64,000 nt of DNA. Source: Bacillota bacterium. Its GTDB lineage: Bacteria > Bacillota > Clostridia > Acetivibrionales > DSM-2933. The notes below the pieces were generated by a model. The model saw only the letters and a list, made by a program, of their open reading frames with translations, searched no databases and had not been told where the DNA came from. Shown here piece after piece: positions 51,390-60,005 of this stretch. The translations under genes and the position numbers were made by a program. The stretch lies in assembly GCA_023454275.1 (NCBI GenBank), contig JAEYGM010000048.1, positions 179,283 to 243,282 on the forward strand, given 5' to 3'. Positions within the stretch are counted from its first letter, which is position 1; each line of letters starts with the position of its first letter.

Positions 51390-52621
51390 GCAGAGGACGC
51401 CCTGCTGTTTCCTTTTATTTTGCTTCTGATATTTTTAAACATGGAGTTCAAAAAGTACAGCATTGAAATAATCAACAGGGGAATTATCGGGTATGCATAT
51501 CTGGGCCAGGCTGTAAACATGAGCTGCATGCAGGTCAGAAGCACAACAAAAACAGGTATTACTATTATTTCTTTTTTAAAAATGGAATAAAATGTTCCGA
51601 TCCATCCGAATACAACTATCAAATAGTGTAAAGGCTTTAAATACAATAAGAAATAAAACTGGTTTATTTCAAGCCACATATATCCGAAGATGGATTGCAG
51701 CTTTCCGATCGTAAACCATTTTATATATAAAACGGGATCGGTTCTTAAGCCTTCCATGAGTATCTTTAACCCTTCGGCCATCTGATTTTTAGCCTGGTAA
51801 TGGGAAACGTCCACGTTCCTGTGATAGGGGAACATGCCCGCGATAAAAGGGAATCCCGTCTGTGTGGCCAGCAGAATAAATTTATCCATGGTTATGATGT
51901 TTCTTATCCACCAGGGAACCATAATAACCAGTACTCCAAGTAGAGAAAATCCGAACATTTTTATTATGCTCCAATCCCTTTTTAAAATGAAATGCGCCAG
52001 AAAGGGCAGAAAGAAAAGCGGGAATACCAGAGGCCTGACCATCACAGCCGCAGCGAAGGTTAAGCCGCAGGAAAACGAAACTGCTTTTGACCTGCTTGAA
52101 AGCACTAATATTTGAAGGTATATATACAAAAGGAAAAGGAAGTTATATAAGGTTTCTGTCAGAATGAGCGTGGGCGACCATATGAAAGGGGGATAAAGCG
52201 CGTAAATAAACCCTGCAATAATACCGCATTTTCTGTTTATGAGCTTTCGGGCTATAAGGTAAACAATCAAACAGGTTAAGGCTCCTATTAAAGCCTGAAC
52301 GACCCTCACGGCCGTTAAGGGGCTCCCCTGGCCGTAACCGCTCATGGCATATATTATTGAGAGAAACAGAGGATACCCCGGAGTAATCAATGCGTTGGGC
52401 ACTGTATCGTTGTATCCCCAAAAGCCCTTGTCTAAAAACTGTTTTGTCATGACATCATAATTATATGCATCGGTAACAAGAGGGGGATGCTTCATGAAAA
52501 AAACAAGCATCAGCCTCGGCAATATTGCCGTGACTAGTATTGCCAGTGCCGCTGCGAATTCCAGGAGGCGTCTGTTTTTAACAATAAAGGAGTTGAGGCG
52601 GAGTATCAAAACGGAAGACAT
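51374..52621 (-). CDS. ArnT/PMT-like (GT39/GT83) polyprenyl-phosphate-sugar-dependent glycosyltransferase
   Basis: 415 aa multi-TM with PMT_2-like N-terminal loop; AAGGAG RBS. Confidence 0.65.
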   Translation of the reverse strand: MSSVLILRLNSFIVKNRRLLEFAAALAILVTAILPRLMLVFFMKHPPLVTDAYNYDVMTKQFLDKGFWGYNDTVPNALITPGYPLFLSIIYAMSGYGQGSPLTAVRVVQALIGALTCLIVYLIARKLINRKCGIIAGFIYALYPPFIWSPTLILTETLYNFLFLLYIYLQILVLSSRSKAVSFSCGLTFAAAVMVRPLVFPLFFLPFLAHFILKRDWSIIKMFGFSLLGVLVIMVPWWIRNIITMDKFILLATQTGFPFIAGMFPYHRNVDVSHYQAKNQMAEGLKILMEGLRTDPVLYIKWFTIGKLQSIFGYMWLEINQFYFLLYLKPLHYLIVVFGWIGTFYSIFKKEIIVIPVFVVLLTCMQLMFTAWPRYAYPIIPLLIISMLYFLNSMFKNIRSKIKGNSRASSAQTRS

Positions 52622-52720
52622 TTTTAATTCTCCTTGTATTTTAAAGCAATTAAGTCATATATAATTATAAACGGCTTAACAAAAAGTGTAAAGATATAAA
52701 ATGAGATACCTACTGTTAAA

Positions 52721-53240
52721 GTGGTGGCAGGAGCTCCAAACGGCAGCACGGATAGGACCGCGGAGTTGGCGAATGGTATGGATGCCTCAACGGTGCTTCT
52801 GAATGATAAATTAAAAGGAGTTTCGGCTGACGCGCAAGGCAACGTGTATTTTTCACAGGGTGAAACAAGTATCTGGGAGGCGGCTGTAGACGGCAGGCTT
52901 TATAAGATAACCGGCAGAGACTATGCTGCCTGGTATGGAGCCGAACGTCAGGTGTTGAATACCAAAATGAAGGCGATTGATGTCCGGTATCGCGACGGGC
53001 TGGTCTACTTTAATAGATACGGCTTCAAAGGTTGAAATTTTTGTTCTTGATCCGGCTGCCCCAAAGGTTGCCAAAACAGCGCTGCCGGTGCCTTAGGGAG
53101 CGAAGGTGACAGGGAAAGCCCTGGACTGGAGCAAGGCGGAAAACGCTGCGTCGTATGATATTTCTATAACCGGAGAAGACGGAAAAAACCAGACGCAAAC
53201 CGTGACGAGAGCTACATCTTTAAAGCAGGTTAAGAAGGAT
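52721..53240 (+). pseudogene. decayed remnant of a cell-surface protein gene (FN3-like segment), multiple frameshifts and stops, locally GC-richer
   Basis: three successive frames carry protein-like segments (…GVSADAQGNVYFSQGETSIWEAAVDGRLYKITGRDYAAWYGAERQ… / …VLDPAAPKVAKTALPVP* / GAKVTGKALDWSKAENAASYDISITGEDGKNQTQTVTRATSLKQ…). Confidence 0.4.
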
Positions 53241-53556
53241 TAACTTAAATCCTATACTTGTAAAATAGAGGCATTTTGAATCAGGAATAATTTTGCTTTA
53301 AGTAAAATGGTATCTTAAATATTCATTAAGCTATCGAATTTTGGAGGAGATTATGTAAGGAAGAGGATTAAATTCTGATCATACAACTATTATGGGAAGA
53401 GGGTAATCTGTACAATACTGTTCTTTGAATTTTATTAATATTTTTATATAGAAGAGCTAGTACATAAGGCTTGTCATCGTCATGTTGACAATACGATTAC
53501 CGGGGTGCTATCATAAATATGGAAAAAGCAAATAAATTATGAAATGAGGATATAAA

Positions 53557-54753
53557 GTGAGAGTTTCTGAAAAAAAAGCACTTCCGATTATTTTATTTAC
53601 CTTATTGCTATGTAGTATTTGCATGAGTTCTGTCTTTGCCGAGACAACAGTCACTTCAGATTCACAGAGAATAAGCGGCTGGGCAGAGAAGCCGGTTCAG
53701 TTTTTACGTGAGCTGAAACTGGCAGATGAAAAAATATTCAGCAATTACTTTACAAATATAACACGTGAAGAATTTGCCATGCTGAGTGTCAAATTATATG
53801 AAAAGGCAAAGGGTGAATCCGTGGTTATTAATGACAGTAACATTTTTAGCGATATATCAGATAGGATTTATAAAGATGATATTATCAAAGCATATCAGCT
53901 TAAAATCGTCAATGGCGTTGGAGGTAACAAGTTTAATCCCAAAGGAGAAATAACAAGACAGGAAATAGCCGTAATGTTTTTTAACACTTTAAAAGCAATC
54001 TATCCGAACTGGGAGTATGCAATTACTGATGACGTAAAATTTAAAGACAATAGTAATATTGCAAAATGGGCCAGAAATGCAATGGTTTATCTTTACAAGA
54101 ATAATATCATGAATTGTGTTTCAGAATTTACAATATCTCCTTTAAGTAAAGCATCCAGAGAACAGGCACTTACTCTGGATTTCAGAATTGCATTTTTATC
54201 AGGCATACTGTTCGATGATTATGATAAACAGTTCTCCATACCGGATGATGATGATGGGATCATAGAAGACCTTAATTCAGATAGCGCTGAGGATTATTGG
54301 AACCTCGGCAACTCATATTTTGATAATGGCTACCTTAATAAATCAGTAACTGCGTATACAAAATCAATTGAGCTGGATCCCGGCTTTTCAAAAAGCTATA
54401 GGGAAAGAGCGGGCTCTTATTATTTCAAGAAAATGTATGGTGAAGCCATCAACGATGCTAATAAGGCTATTGAGCTTAAACTTGATGATGGCTGGAATTA
54501 TGCCCAGAGAGGCCGGGTATATATGCAGCAGGGAAAGACTGATGAAGCTATAGCAGATGCAAGCAAGGGCATTACGTTAATAAAAGAGAAGGAGCCCGAT
54601 AACAAGGATGTTGCGTGGATTTACATTTATCGGGCACACTGCCTTATTACCAAAGGTCAGATTAAAAACGCAGTTAATGATTTTATAGCTGCTGCACAGA
54701 TGGGTGATAAGGAATCCCAGGAGATACTCGGACTTCTTGATATTGATTATTAA
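53557..54753 (+). CDS. S-layer-homology (3x SLH) domain protein with C-terminal TPR repeats
   Basis: signal peptide; three SLH modules; TPR repeats (…AYTKSIELDP…, …ANKAIELK…). Confidence 0.8.
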   Translation: MRVSEKKALPIILFTLLLCSICMSSVFAETTVTSDSQRISGWAEKPVQFLRELKLADEKIFSNYFTNITREEFAMLSVKLYEKAKGESVVINDSNIFSDISDRIYKDDIIKAYQLKIVNGVGGNKFNPKGEITRQEIAVMFFNTLKAIYPNWEYAITDDVKFKDNSNIAKWARNAMVYLYKNNIMNCVSEFTISPLSKASREQALTLDFRIAFLSGILFDDYDKQFSIPDDDDGIIEDLNSDSAEDYWNLGNSYFDNGYLNKSVTAYTKSIELDPGFSKSYRERAGSYYFKKMYGEAINDANKAIELKLDDGWNYAQRGRVYMQQGKTDEAIADASKGITLIKEKEPDNKDVAWIYIYRAHCLITKGQIKNAVNDFIAAAQMGDKESQEILGLLDIDY

Positions 54754-54854
54754 AAGCTAATGTACGGCCTATAGGCATTATGTAGAAGTCTCAGGGAATC
54801 AATGACCTTGAGACTTTTGTGCTGTATAAGCAACCCCACCAAGCTATGTTTATC

Positions 54855-56417
54855 TTATATTGCTGTATCCTTGTTTTTTTGCTTAATAGGAATTCCCTTC
54901 AAGAATAAAACTGAAATTGCTGCGAAAATTGATATCGCTATGCAAATCACAAAGACATTATGAATTGAATCTGAAAGTATTTGTTTCATTTGTATCATTA
55001 TATTGCTTAAATCCGGGAGAAGTTCATTGGGAAGTTTTGATGCCATACTTTTAACCGAGGCTGTATTTGAAAGTATATTTGGGTCCTTCAACAATTTAAC
55101 TATATCTTCAGGAAGTTTACCAGTGTTCATATCTTGCAGTCCGTTTTTCAAACTACTGCTTAATACTGTTCCAAAAACTGACGACGCTATAGTTTGCCCG
55201 GAATACTTAAAAAACTGAACTGTGGAGGTAGCAACTCCCATTTTGTCTTCTGTAACTGAGCTTTGAGCTGTCACATTAAAAATTGTAGCAACTATTCCAA
55301 TACCAAATCCTAATACTATCATAAATATTATTACATTTGAATTTTCGGTTGATACATTCATATTGGCAAGTAAAAAAGCCCCAATCCCTATGACTAAAAA
55401 TCCAATAAATGATTGCAATTTGTACTTTCCTGTTTTTGATACAATAAAGCCACTAATAACTGAGCCTATCAACATGCTTACCAATAGAGGAGTCAATATT
55501 GCACCTGATTGGCTTGCACTCTTACCAATTACTCCTTGAACAAATAACGGCAAAAAAAGTGCAGCGCCTATCATAATAACACTCGACAAGAAAATTTCAA
55601 GAACCGAGAAGTTATATACAGCATTGCGAAAAATTGATAAAGGGAGAATTGGTTCTACAGCTTTTATTTCAATAAATACAAAAATTATAAGCATTAAAGC
55701 AGAAAAACTAAACATACTAATAATCTGAAGCGAATCCCATGAATATTCACTTCCTCCCCAGGTAAGCGCAAGCATCATTGGAATTAACGCAATAATAAGT
55801 GTAATAACACCCCAAAAATCAATCTTCTTGCCCCTTTCAACTATTTTGTGATTTGGAAGAGCAAACAACATAATTGCTAATGTAATTATTCCTATCGGAA
55901 CATTGATATAAAATATCCATCTCCAGCTGTAATTATCGACTATAAAGCCCCCTAAAGCCGGACCTAAAAGGCTTCCAAGACCAGCTCCTGCTCCAGCAAT
56001 TCCAATATATTTTGCTCTTTGTTCTGCTGAATACATCAAGCCTATTATAGCTAATGAATTTGAAGAAAGTATTGCTCCGCCAATTCCTTGTAGCCCTCTG
56101 AAAATTATTAGTTCTATCATGCCTTGAGATATACCACATAAAGCAGAAGCAGTGATAAAAACTATTATCCCAAAAATATAAGTAGGCTTAAATCCATATA
56201 AATCAGCTAATTTTCCGAATAATGGCATAGATATGGTAAGTGTTAGTAAAAATGCGGTAAATGGCCATGCATAATATTCAAAACCGTTAAGATTACTGAT
56301 TATCTTTGGCATTGCAGTAGCTACAATTGTTGAATCTATTGCCGCAAGAAGTAATCCCACCATAATACCAATCATGATAATGAACTTTTTCCTACTGCTT
56401 AAACTCTGAATACTCAT
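54855..56417 (-). CDS. MFS transporter, DHA2 (14-TM EmrB/QacA-type) drug-efflux family
   Basis: 520 aa; MFS motif A-like GKLADLYGFK; divergent from a TetR gene. Confidence 0.85.
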   Translation of the reverse strand: MSIQSLSSRKKFIIMIGIMVGLLLAAIDSTIVATAMPKIISNLNGFEYYAWPFTAFLLTLTISMPLFGKLADLYGFKPTYIFGIIVFITASALCGISQGMIELIIFRGLQGIGGAILSSNSLAIIGLMYSAEQRAKYIGIAGAGAGLGSLLGPALGGFIVDNYSWRWIFYINVPIGIITLAIMLFALPNHKIVERGKKIDFWGVITLIIALIPMMLALTWGGSEYSWDSLQIISMFSFSALMLIIFVFIEIKAVEPILPLSIFRNAVYNFSVLEIFLSSVIMIGAALFLPLFVQGVIGKSASQSGAILTPLLVSMLIGSVISGFIVSKTGKYKLQSFIGFLVIGIGAFLLANMNVSTENSNVIIFMIVLGFGIGIVATIFNVTAQSSVTEDKMGVATSTVQFFKYSGQTIASSVFGTVLSSSLKNGLQDMNTGKLPEDIVKLLKDPNILSNTASVKSMASKLPNELLPDLSNIMIQMKQILSDSIHNVFVICIAISIFAAISVLFLKGIPIKQKNKDTAI

Positions 56418-56438
56418 AAAATCACTCCTTTAAAAATA

Positions 56439-56466
56439 ATGAAATATATTTATAAATATATTTCAT
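56439..56466. promoter_or_regulatory. perfect 28-bp palindrome ATGAAATATATTTATAAATATATTTCAT; candidate TetR operator in the MFS/TetR divergent promoter
   Basis: palindrome read directly; half-site ATATTTCAT repeats once more downstream. Confidence 0.55.
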
Positions 56467-56553
56467 ATATTTCATTATATAGTATTCCGTTTGCTTTTTC
56501 AATAGTTATAAACTATAATAATAAATATATTTCACAAATGGAGGAATTAAAAA

Positions 56554-57146
56554 TGGATGGTTTTGAAAAAAGACGTGAGAAGAAAAAGGAAGCAATCCTT
56601 AATTCTGCTTTATCTCTTTTTAAGCAATACGGATACAATAAGGTGACCATTGCAGAGATTGCAAAAAAGGCTTCGGTATCTCAGGTTTCAATATATAATT
56701 TTTTTGAAAGTAAAGAAAATTTAAAGTTTGAATTAATTAAAAAAATTATGAACGAGCATTATTCTCAATTAATAAGAATTTTTCACAATGGGGAATCAAG
56801 CAGAGAAAGATTTGAAAAACTATTAACCTCCCGTATTGATTTTTTCAAAAGTTTTCCGTCGCACTTTATTCTGGAAACACTTGGCAATGACGCTCAGATA
56901 AGAGAAAGCATAGTGAGAGAGAATTATGATAAATTTACCTATGTTTTTCTTGATTTTATTGAGGAAGGGAAAAAAGAAGGAATTATTGACGATTCAATTT
57001 CTAGAGAAACAATGCATACAATTATTGACATTATACAGTTTTATTTTATCAATAACCCTTTGGGAGTTCAAAAGTTTGACAACAACCCTCAATTGACAAA
57101 TGAATTTTTTGCGTTTTTAACTAATGCATTCTTGAAAAAATCCTGA
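56554..57146 (+). CDS. TetR/AcrR-family transcriptional regulator
   Basis: N-terminal HTH (KVTIAEIAKKASVSQVSIYNFFESKENL); GGAGGA RBS 8 nt before ATG 56554. Confidence 0.85.
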
Positions 57147-57439
57147 TCGGTTTCTTATATCAAAAAAACAGAGATTAATTTTTGTTTCCAACACTCATCA
57201 ATGAATTACTTACAAGCTCATTAAAAACAGCTTCCGGTAAAATAACATCTCCATATACGCTGCTGAGAAGCTCAGGCATGGCTATTTTAATGAGGGATAT
57301 TATGTATCCTAAGACAATCAGCATTTTACTGGTTTCCCTCCGCTACTTTTCTTACGCTGTGCATGATGCTGGAATTATACAAGAAGGAGCTTTTAGCCAT
57401 CGACGGTTTAAAATTCCGGGACGTTAACATACGGAGGCC

Positions 57440-57770
57440 TTTTTTGCATATGCAGAATCTACTATGACCGGTCGGGAAAATCTGAAAAAAGCTATCAATT
57501 ACACCTTAAACTATAATAAATACTTTACGAATTTCTTATTGGACGGAAGGATTTCTTTATCGAATAATTTGAGATCGCCGTAAAATCCGTGGCGCTAACA
57601 GGAAAGAACGCTTTGTTTTCTGATTCTGCGGACGGAGCAATTGCGACTGCTACTATTTTCAGTATTATCAATACAGCAACAGCCAACCTTCTGGATCAGA
57701 ATAAATATTTGAAATATTTATTCTGTCATTTACCCAACCTGGATTTCAAAAAAAAATGTTATTTGTTCCT
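57440..57770 (+). pseudogene. C-terminal remnant of an IS66-family transposase (frameshifted, N-terminus absent)
   Basis: …GRENLKKAINYTLNYNKYFTNFLLDGRISLSNN / (frame change) …ALTGKNALFSDSADGAIATATIFSIINTATANLLDQNKYLKYLFCHLPN matches the conserved IS66 TnpC C-terminus (…NWLFS.S..GA…YSL.ETAKANGL.P..YL.YL…LP). Confidence 0.65.
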
Positions 57771-57848
57771 GTTTAATGTCGTATTTAATATTATAATAAT
57801 GTATATGTAAATTAATTATTAAATTTCCACTATATTATGATAAGAGTA

Positions 57849-57877
57849 TTGACAACCAAAGAATTTAATATTACTAT
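57849..57877 (+). promoter_or_regulatory. candidate promoter TTGACA-N17-TACTAT driving a roughly 345-nt leader ahead of the NusG-paralog gene
   Basis: hexamers and spacing read directly. Confidence 0.4.
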
Positions 57878-58239
57878 TTAAGAGTAAAAATTGGAAATAG
57901 AAAGCAGAAAATAAAGAAAATGTAGAAATAAGTAGAAATTTATATACAAATATTCCTCAAAGCAGATGCATTCTTTGGTCGGAACGACTGATTTTAGGAG
58001 CAATAGATATGTGCTGCTTAACGCACATCTCACTTTATATTATACTACAGTATTTTAGAAAATCTAAAGACAACCTACAAATATAGATATTTTAAGCACT
58101 TATTGGCTGTTAATCGCTGGGGGGATCACGTTAACCGCTGATGAGGAATATACAGTGAAAGTCATTGTAACCTATCAAATTAGATAAGCCAAAGGGCGAA
58201 GCTATGTAACTGCGATAAACAAATTGTGAGGTAGTAGAG

Positions 58240-58761
58240 ATGTTTTGGTATGTACTTTTTGTACAAACGGGTCGGGAGCATAAGATTGAGAATTTTTTAA
58301 AAGAACAGTTAGATTCTAACTTGTTTATACCATTTGTGCCACTGCAAGAGACACTTTTCAGGATAGCTGGTACAGTAAAAAAAGAATTGAAACCATTATT
58401 TCCTGGATATATATTTGTTGAATCGGAACTAACAAGCCAAGAATTTATAAGAAGGACAAGCACTTTACTTTATGCCTCGCATATGATAGTCGGTTTATTG
58501 AAATACTCTGATACGGAAATTGCGATGAGGGAATCAGAAAGAAGAATGTTGTTGAGCTTATGCAATGACGGACATTGTATTGAATCATCAAGCGGGATTA
58601 TAGAAGGAACAAGGATATATATAACAGACGGTCCGCTTAAGGGACGGGAGAGTATAGTGAAGAAAGTAAACAGGCACAAAAGGCTGGCATGGATTGAGAT
58701 GGAATTTATGGGAGAGTTGAGACGGATTGGTATTTCACTTGAGTTGGTTAGTAAACTATAA
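58240..58761 (+). CDS. NusG paralog (NGN + KOW), LoaP-like specialised transcription antiterminator
   Basis: MFWYVLFVQTGREHKIENFL NGN start and C-terminal KOW-like region; not in a ribosomal/secE context; heads a co-directional accessory operon. Confidence 0.75.
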   Translation: MFWYVLFVQTGREHKIENFLKEQLDSNLFIPFVPLQETLFRIAGTVKKELKPLFPGYIFVESELTSQEFIRRTSTLLYASHMIVGLLKYSDTEIAMRESERRMLLSLCNDGHCIESSSGIIEGTRIYITDGPLKGRESIVKKVNRHKRLAWIEMEFMGELRRIGISLELVSKL

Positions 58762-58843
58762 ATACAGATGTAAATATCATCATAAAAACACATTAAAGAT
58801 AATGGGAAAACGTAAATTTTAAAACGCAGGAGGGATAATTTAT

Positions 58844-59236
58844 ATGTTAAAAAAAATAACTCCAAACATAATGGTCAAAGATGTTAATAAGACAATTGAG
58901 TTTTATAAAGAGGTGCTAGGATTTGAACTTATTAACACTGTTCCTGAATCAGGTGAGTATGAATGGGCTCAAGTTAAGTTAGGGAAAGTTGAATTAATGT
59001 TTCAAACACAAGCAAGTTTAGTTAAAGGCATAGCTGGCTTTGAGGGCGTTTCTCCTTTTGCTACTATTGTTTTCTATATAGAAGTAGAAGGTCTACAAGT
59101 ATTGTACGATAGAATAAAACAAAAAGTAAAAATCGTTGACGATATTCATGAAACTTTTTACGGCATGAAAGAATTTTGTATTGAGGACTGTAATGGCTAT
59201 TTTTTAACGTTTGCTGGAATTATACCTATGAGTTAA
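58844..59236 (+). CDS. VOC-family (glyoxalase/bleomycin-resistance fold) protein
   Basis: 130 aa; ITPNIMVKDVNKTIEFYKEVLGFELI betaalphabetabetabeta start; GGAGGG RBS. Confidence 0.7.
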   Translation: MLKKITPNIMVKDVNKTIEFYKEVLGFELINTVPESGEYEWAQVKLGKVELMFQTQASLVKGIAGFEGVSPFATIVFYIEVEGLQVLYDRIKQKVKIVDDIHETFYGMKEFCIEDCNGYFLTFAGIIPMS

Positions 59237-59252
59237 GCAGGGGGGATAGTTT

Positions 59253-60005
59253 TTGTCGTACTTAAATGAGGATTTGTCAAATTTATATATTAGTTCTCTT
59301 TTAAAACCACAGCCCAGTATGGGTGCGAAAGTTGAAATAAATCTTACTAAAACTTTAGCATGGCAGAATAAGTACGCAAATCAAATAAAAAAACACGTTG
59401 GATTTGAATTAAGTATAACACCATTGTATTTATACGCCATTGCAAAGTGTATGACTGAAATGCCTGAATCAAATTGTAGAATAGAAGGAAGTAAAATTAT
59501 TACACATGATTCAGTTGATATCGGAATTCTATCAACTTTAGGAGAATATGGCCAAGATGGTGGCATGATAATAATTCGAAATGCTAGTGAAAAGAATGTG
59601 GAAGATCTGCTGTCTGATATCAATAACACACATAAGAGTTTGAATAAAACTTTTAATTATGAGAAAAAATTGCCTCCAGAATTATTACAGCGATTACAGA
59701 AGATCAGTAAAATAATGAATCAGCCTACAGTAATTGTTAACACATTAAGCTTATATGGTGTTGAGATTGATCACCCATATCTGCCTGAGGGAATCGGGGT
59801 TGTTTTAACCTTTGGTACTATAAGAAATTCTTTGAAGGAAAGAAACGGGAATATTTTATCATCAAAAGTTACTAATCTATATGGTGTATATAATCCGCTC
59901 ATGGCTAGCGGTGTAAATGCTATGAGATTTATGGGACGATTGAGACAAATTATTGAAAACGCTGAATATCAGACATCTGTAGCTGTAAATAGCGAGGTAT
60001 TATGA
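59253..60005 (+). CDS. 2-oxoacid-dehydrogenase E2-catalytic-domain-like (CAT-fold) acyltransferase homolog, stand-alone, catalytic His apparently absent
   Basis: aligns by eye to the E2 catalytic core (…PTVIVNTLSLYGVE… vs TFTISNLG…, …LYGVYNPLMASGVNAMRFMGRLRQIIEN vs …SFDHRVVDGAEAARFLKELKELLEN). Confidence 0.45.
   Translation: MSYLNEDLSNLYISSLLKPQPSMGAKVEINLTKTLAWQNKYANQIKKHVGFELSITPLYLYAIAKCMTEMPESNCRIEGSKIITHDSVDIGILSTLGEYGQDGGMIIIRNASEKNVEDLLSDINNTHKSLNKTFNYEKKLPPELLQRLQKISKIMNQPTVIVNTLSLYGVEIDHPYLPEGIGVVLTFGTIRNSLKERNGNILSSKVTNLYGVYNPLMASGVNAMRFMGRLRQIIENAEYQTSVAVNSEVL

Noticed and set aside
52624-53074. Minus-strand ORFs of 72 and 73 aa in the degraded region
   Set aside because: They overlap the plus-strand pseudogene fragments and have no RBS or protein-like features.
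56439-56553. Long N-terminal extension of the TetR ORF starting inside the palindrome
   Set aside because: The region is a perfect palindrome/operator and promoter. GGAGGA followed 8 nt later by ATG 56554 gives the natural TetR start.
57182-57427. 81-aa plus-strand ORF upstream of the IS66 remnant
   Set aside because: It has no recognisable motifs and no RBS. The region is better explained as scrambled IS-junction DNA.
58762-58843. Tiny ORF MGKRKF between the NusG paralog and the VOC gene as a possible precursor peptide
   Set aside because: At six codons it is far too short, and it simply overlaps the RBS region of the next gene.
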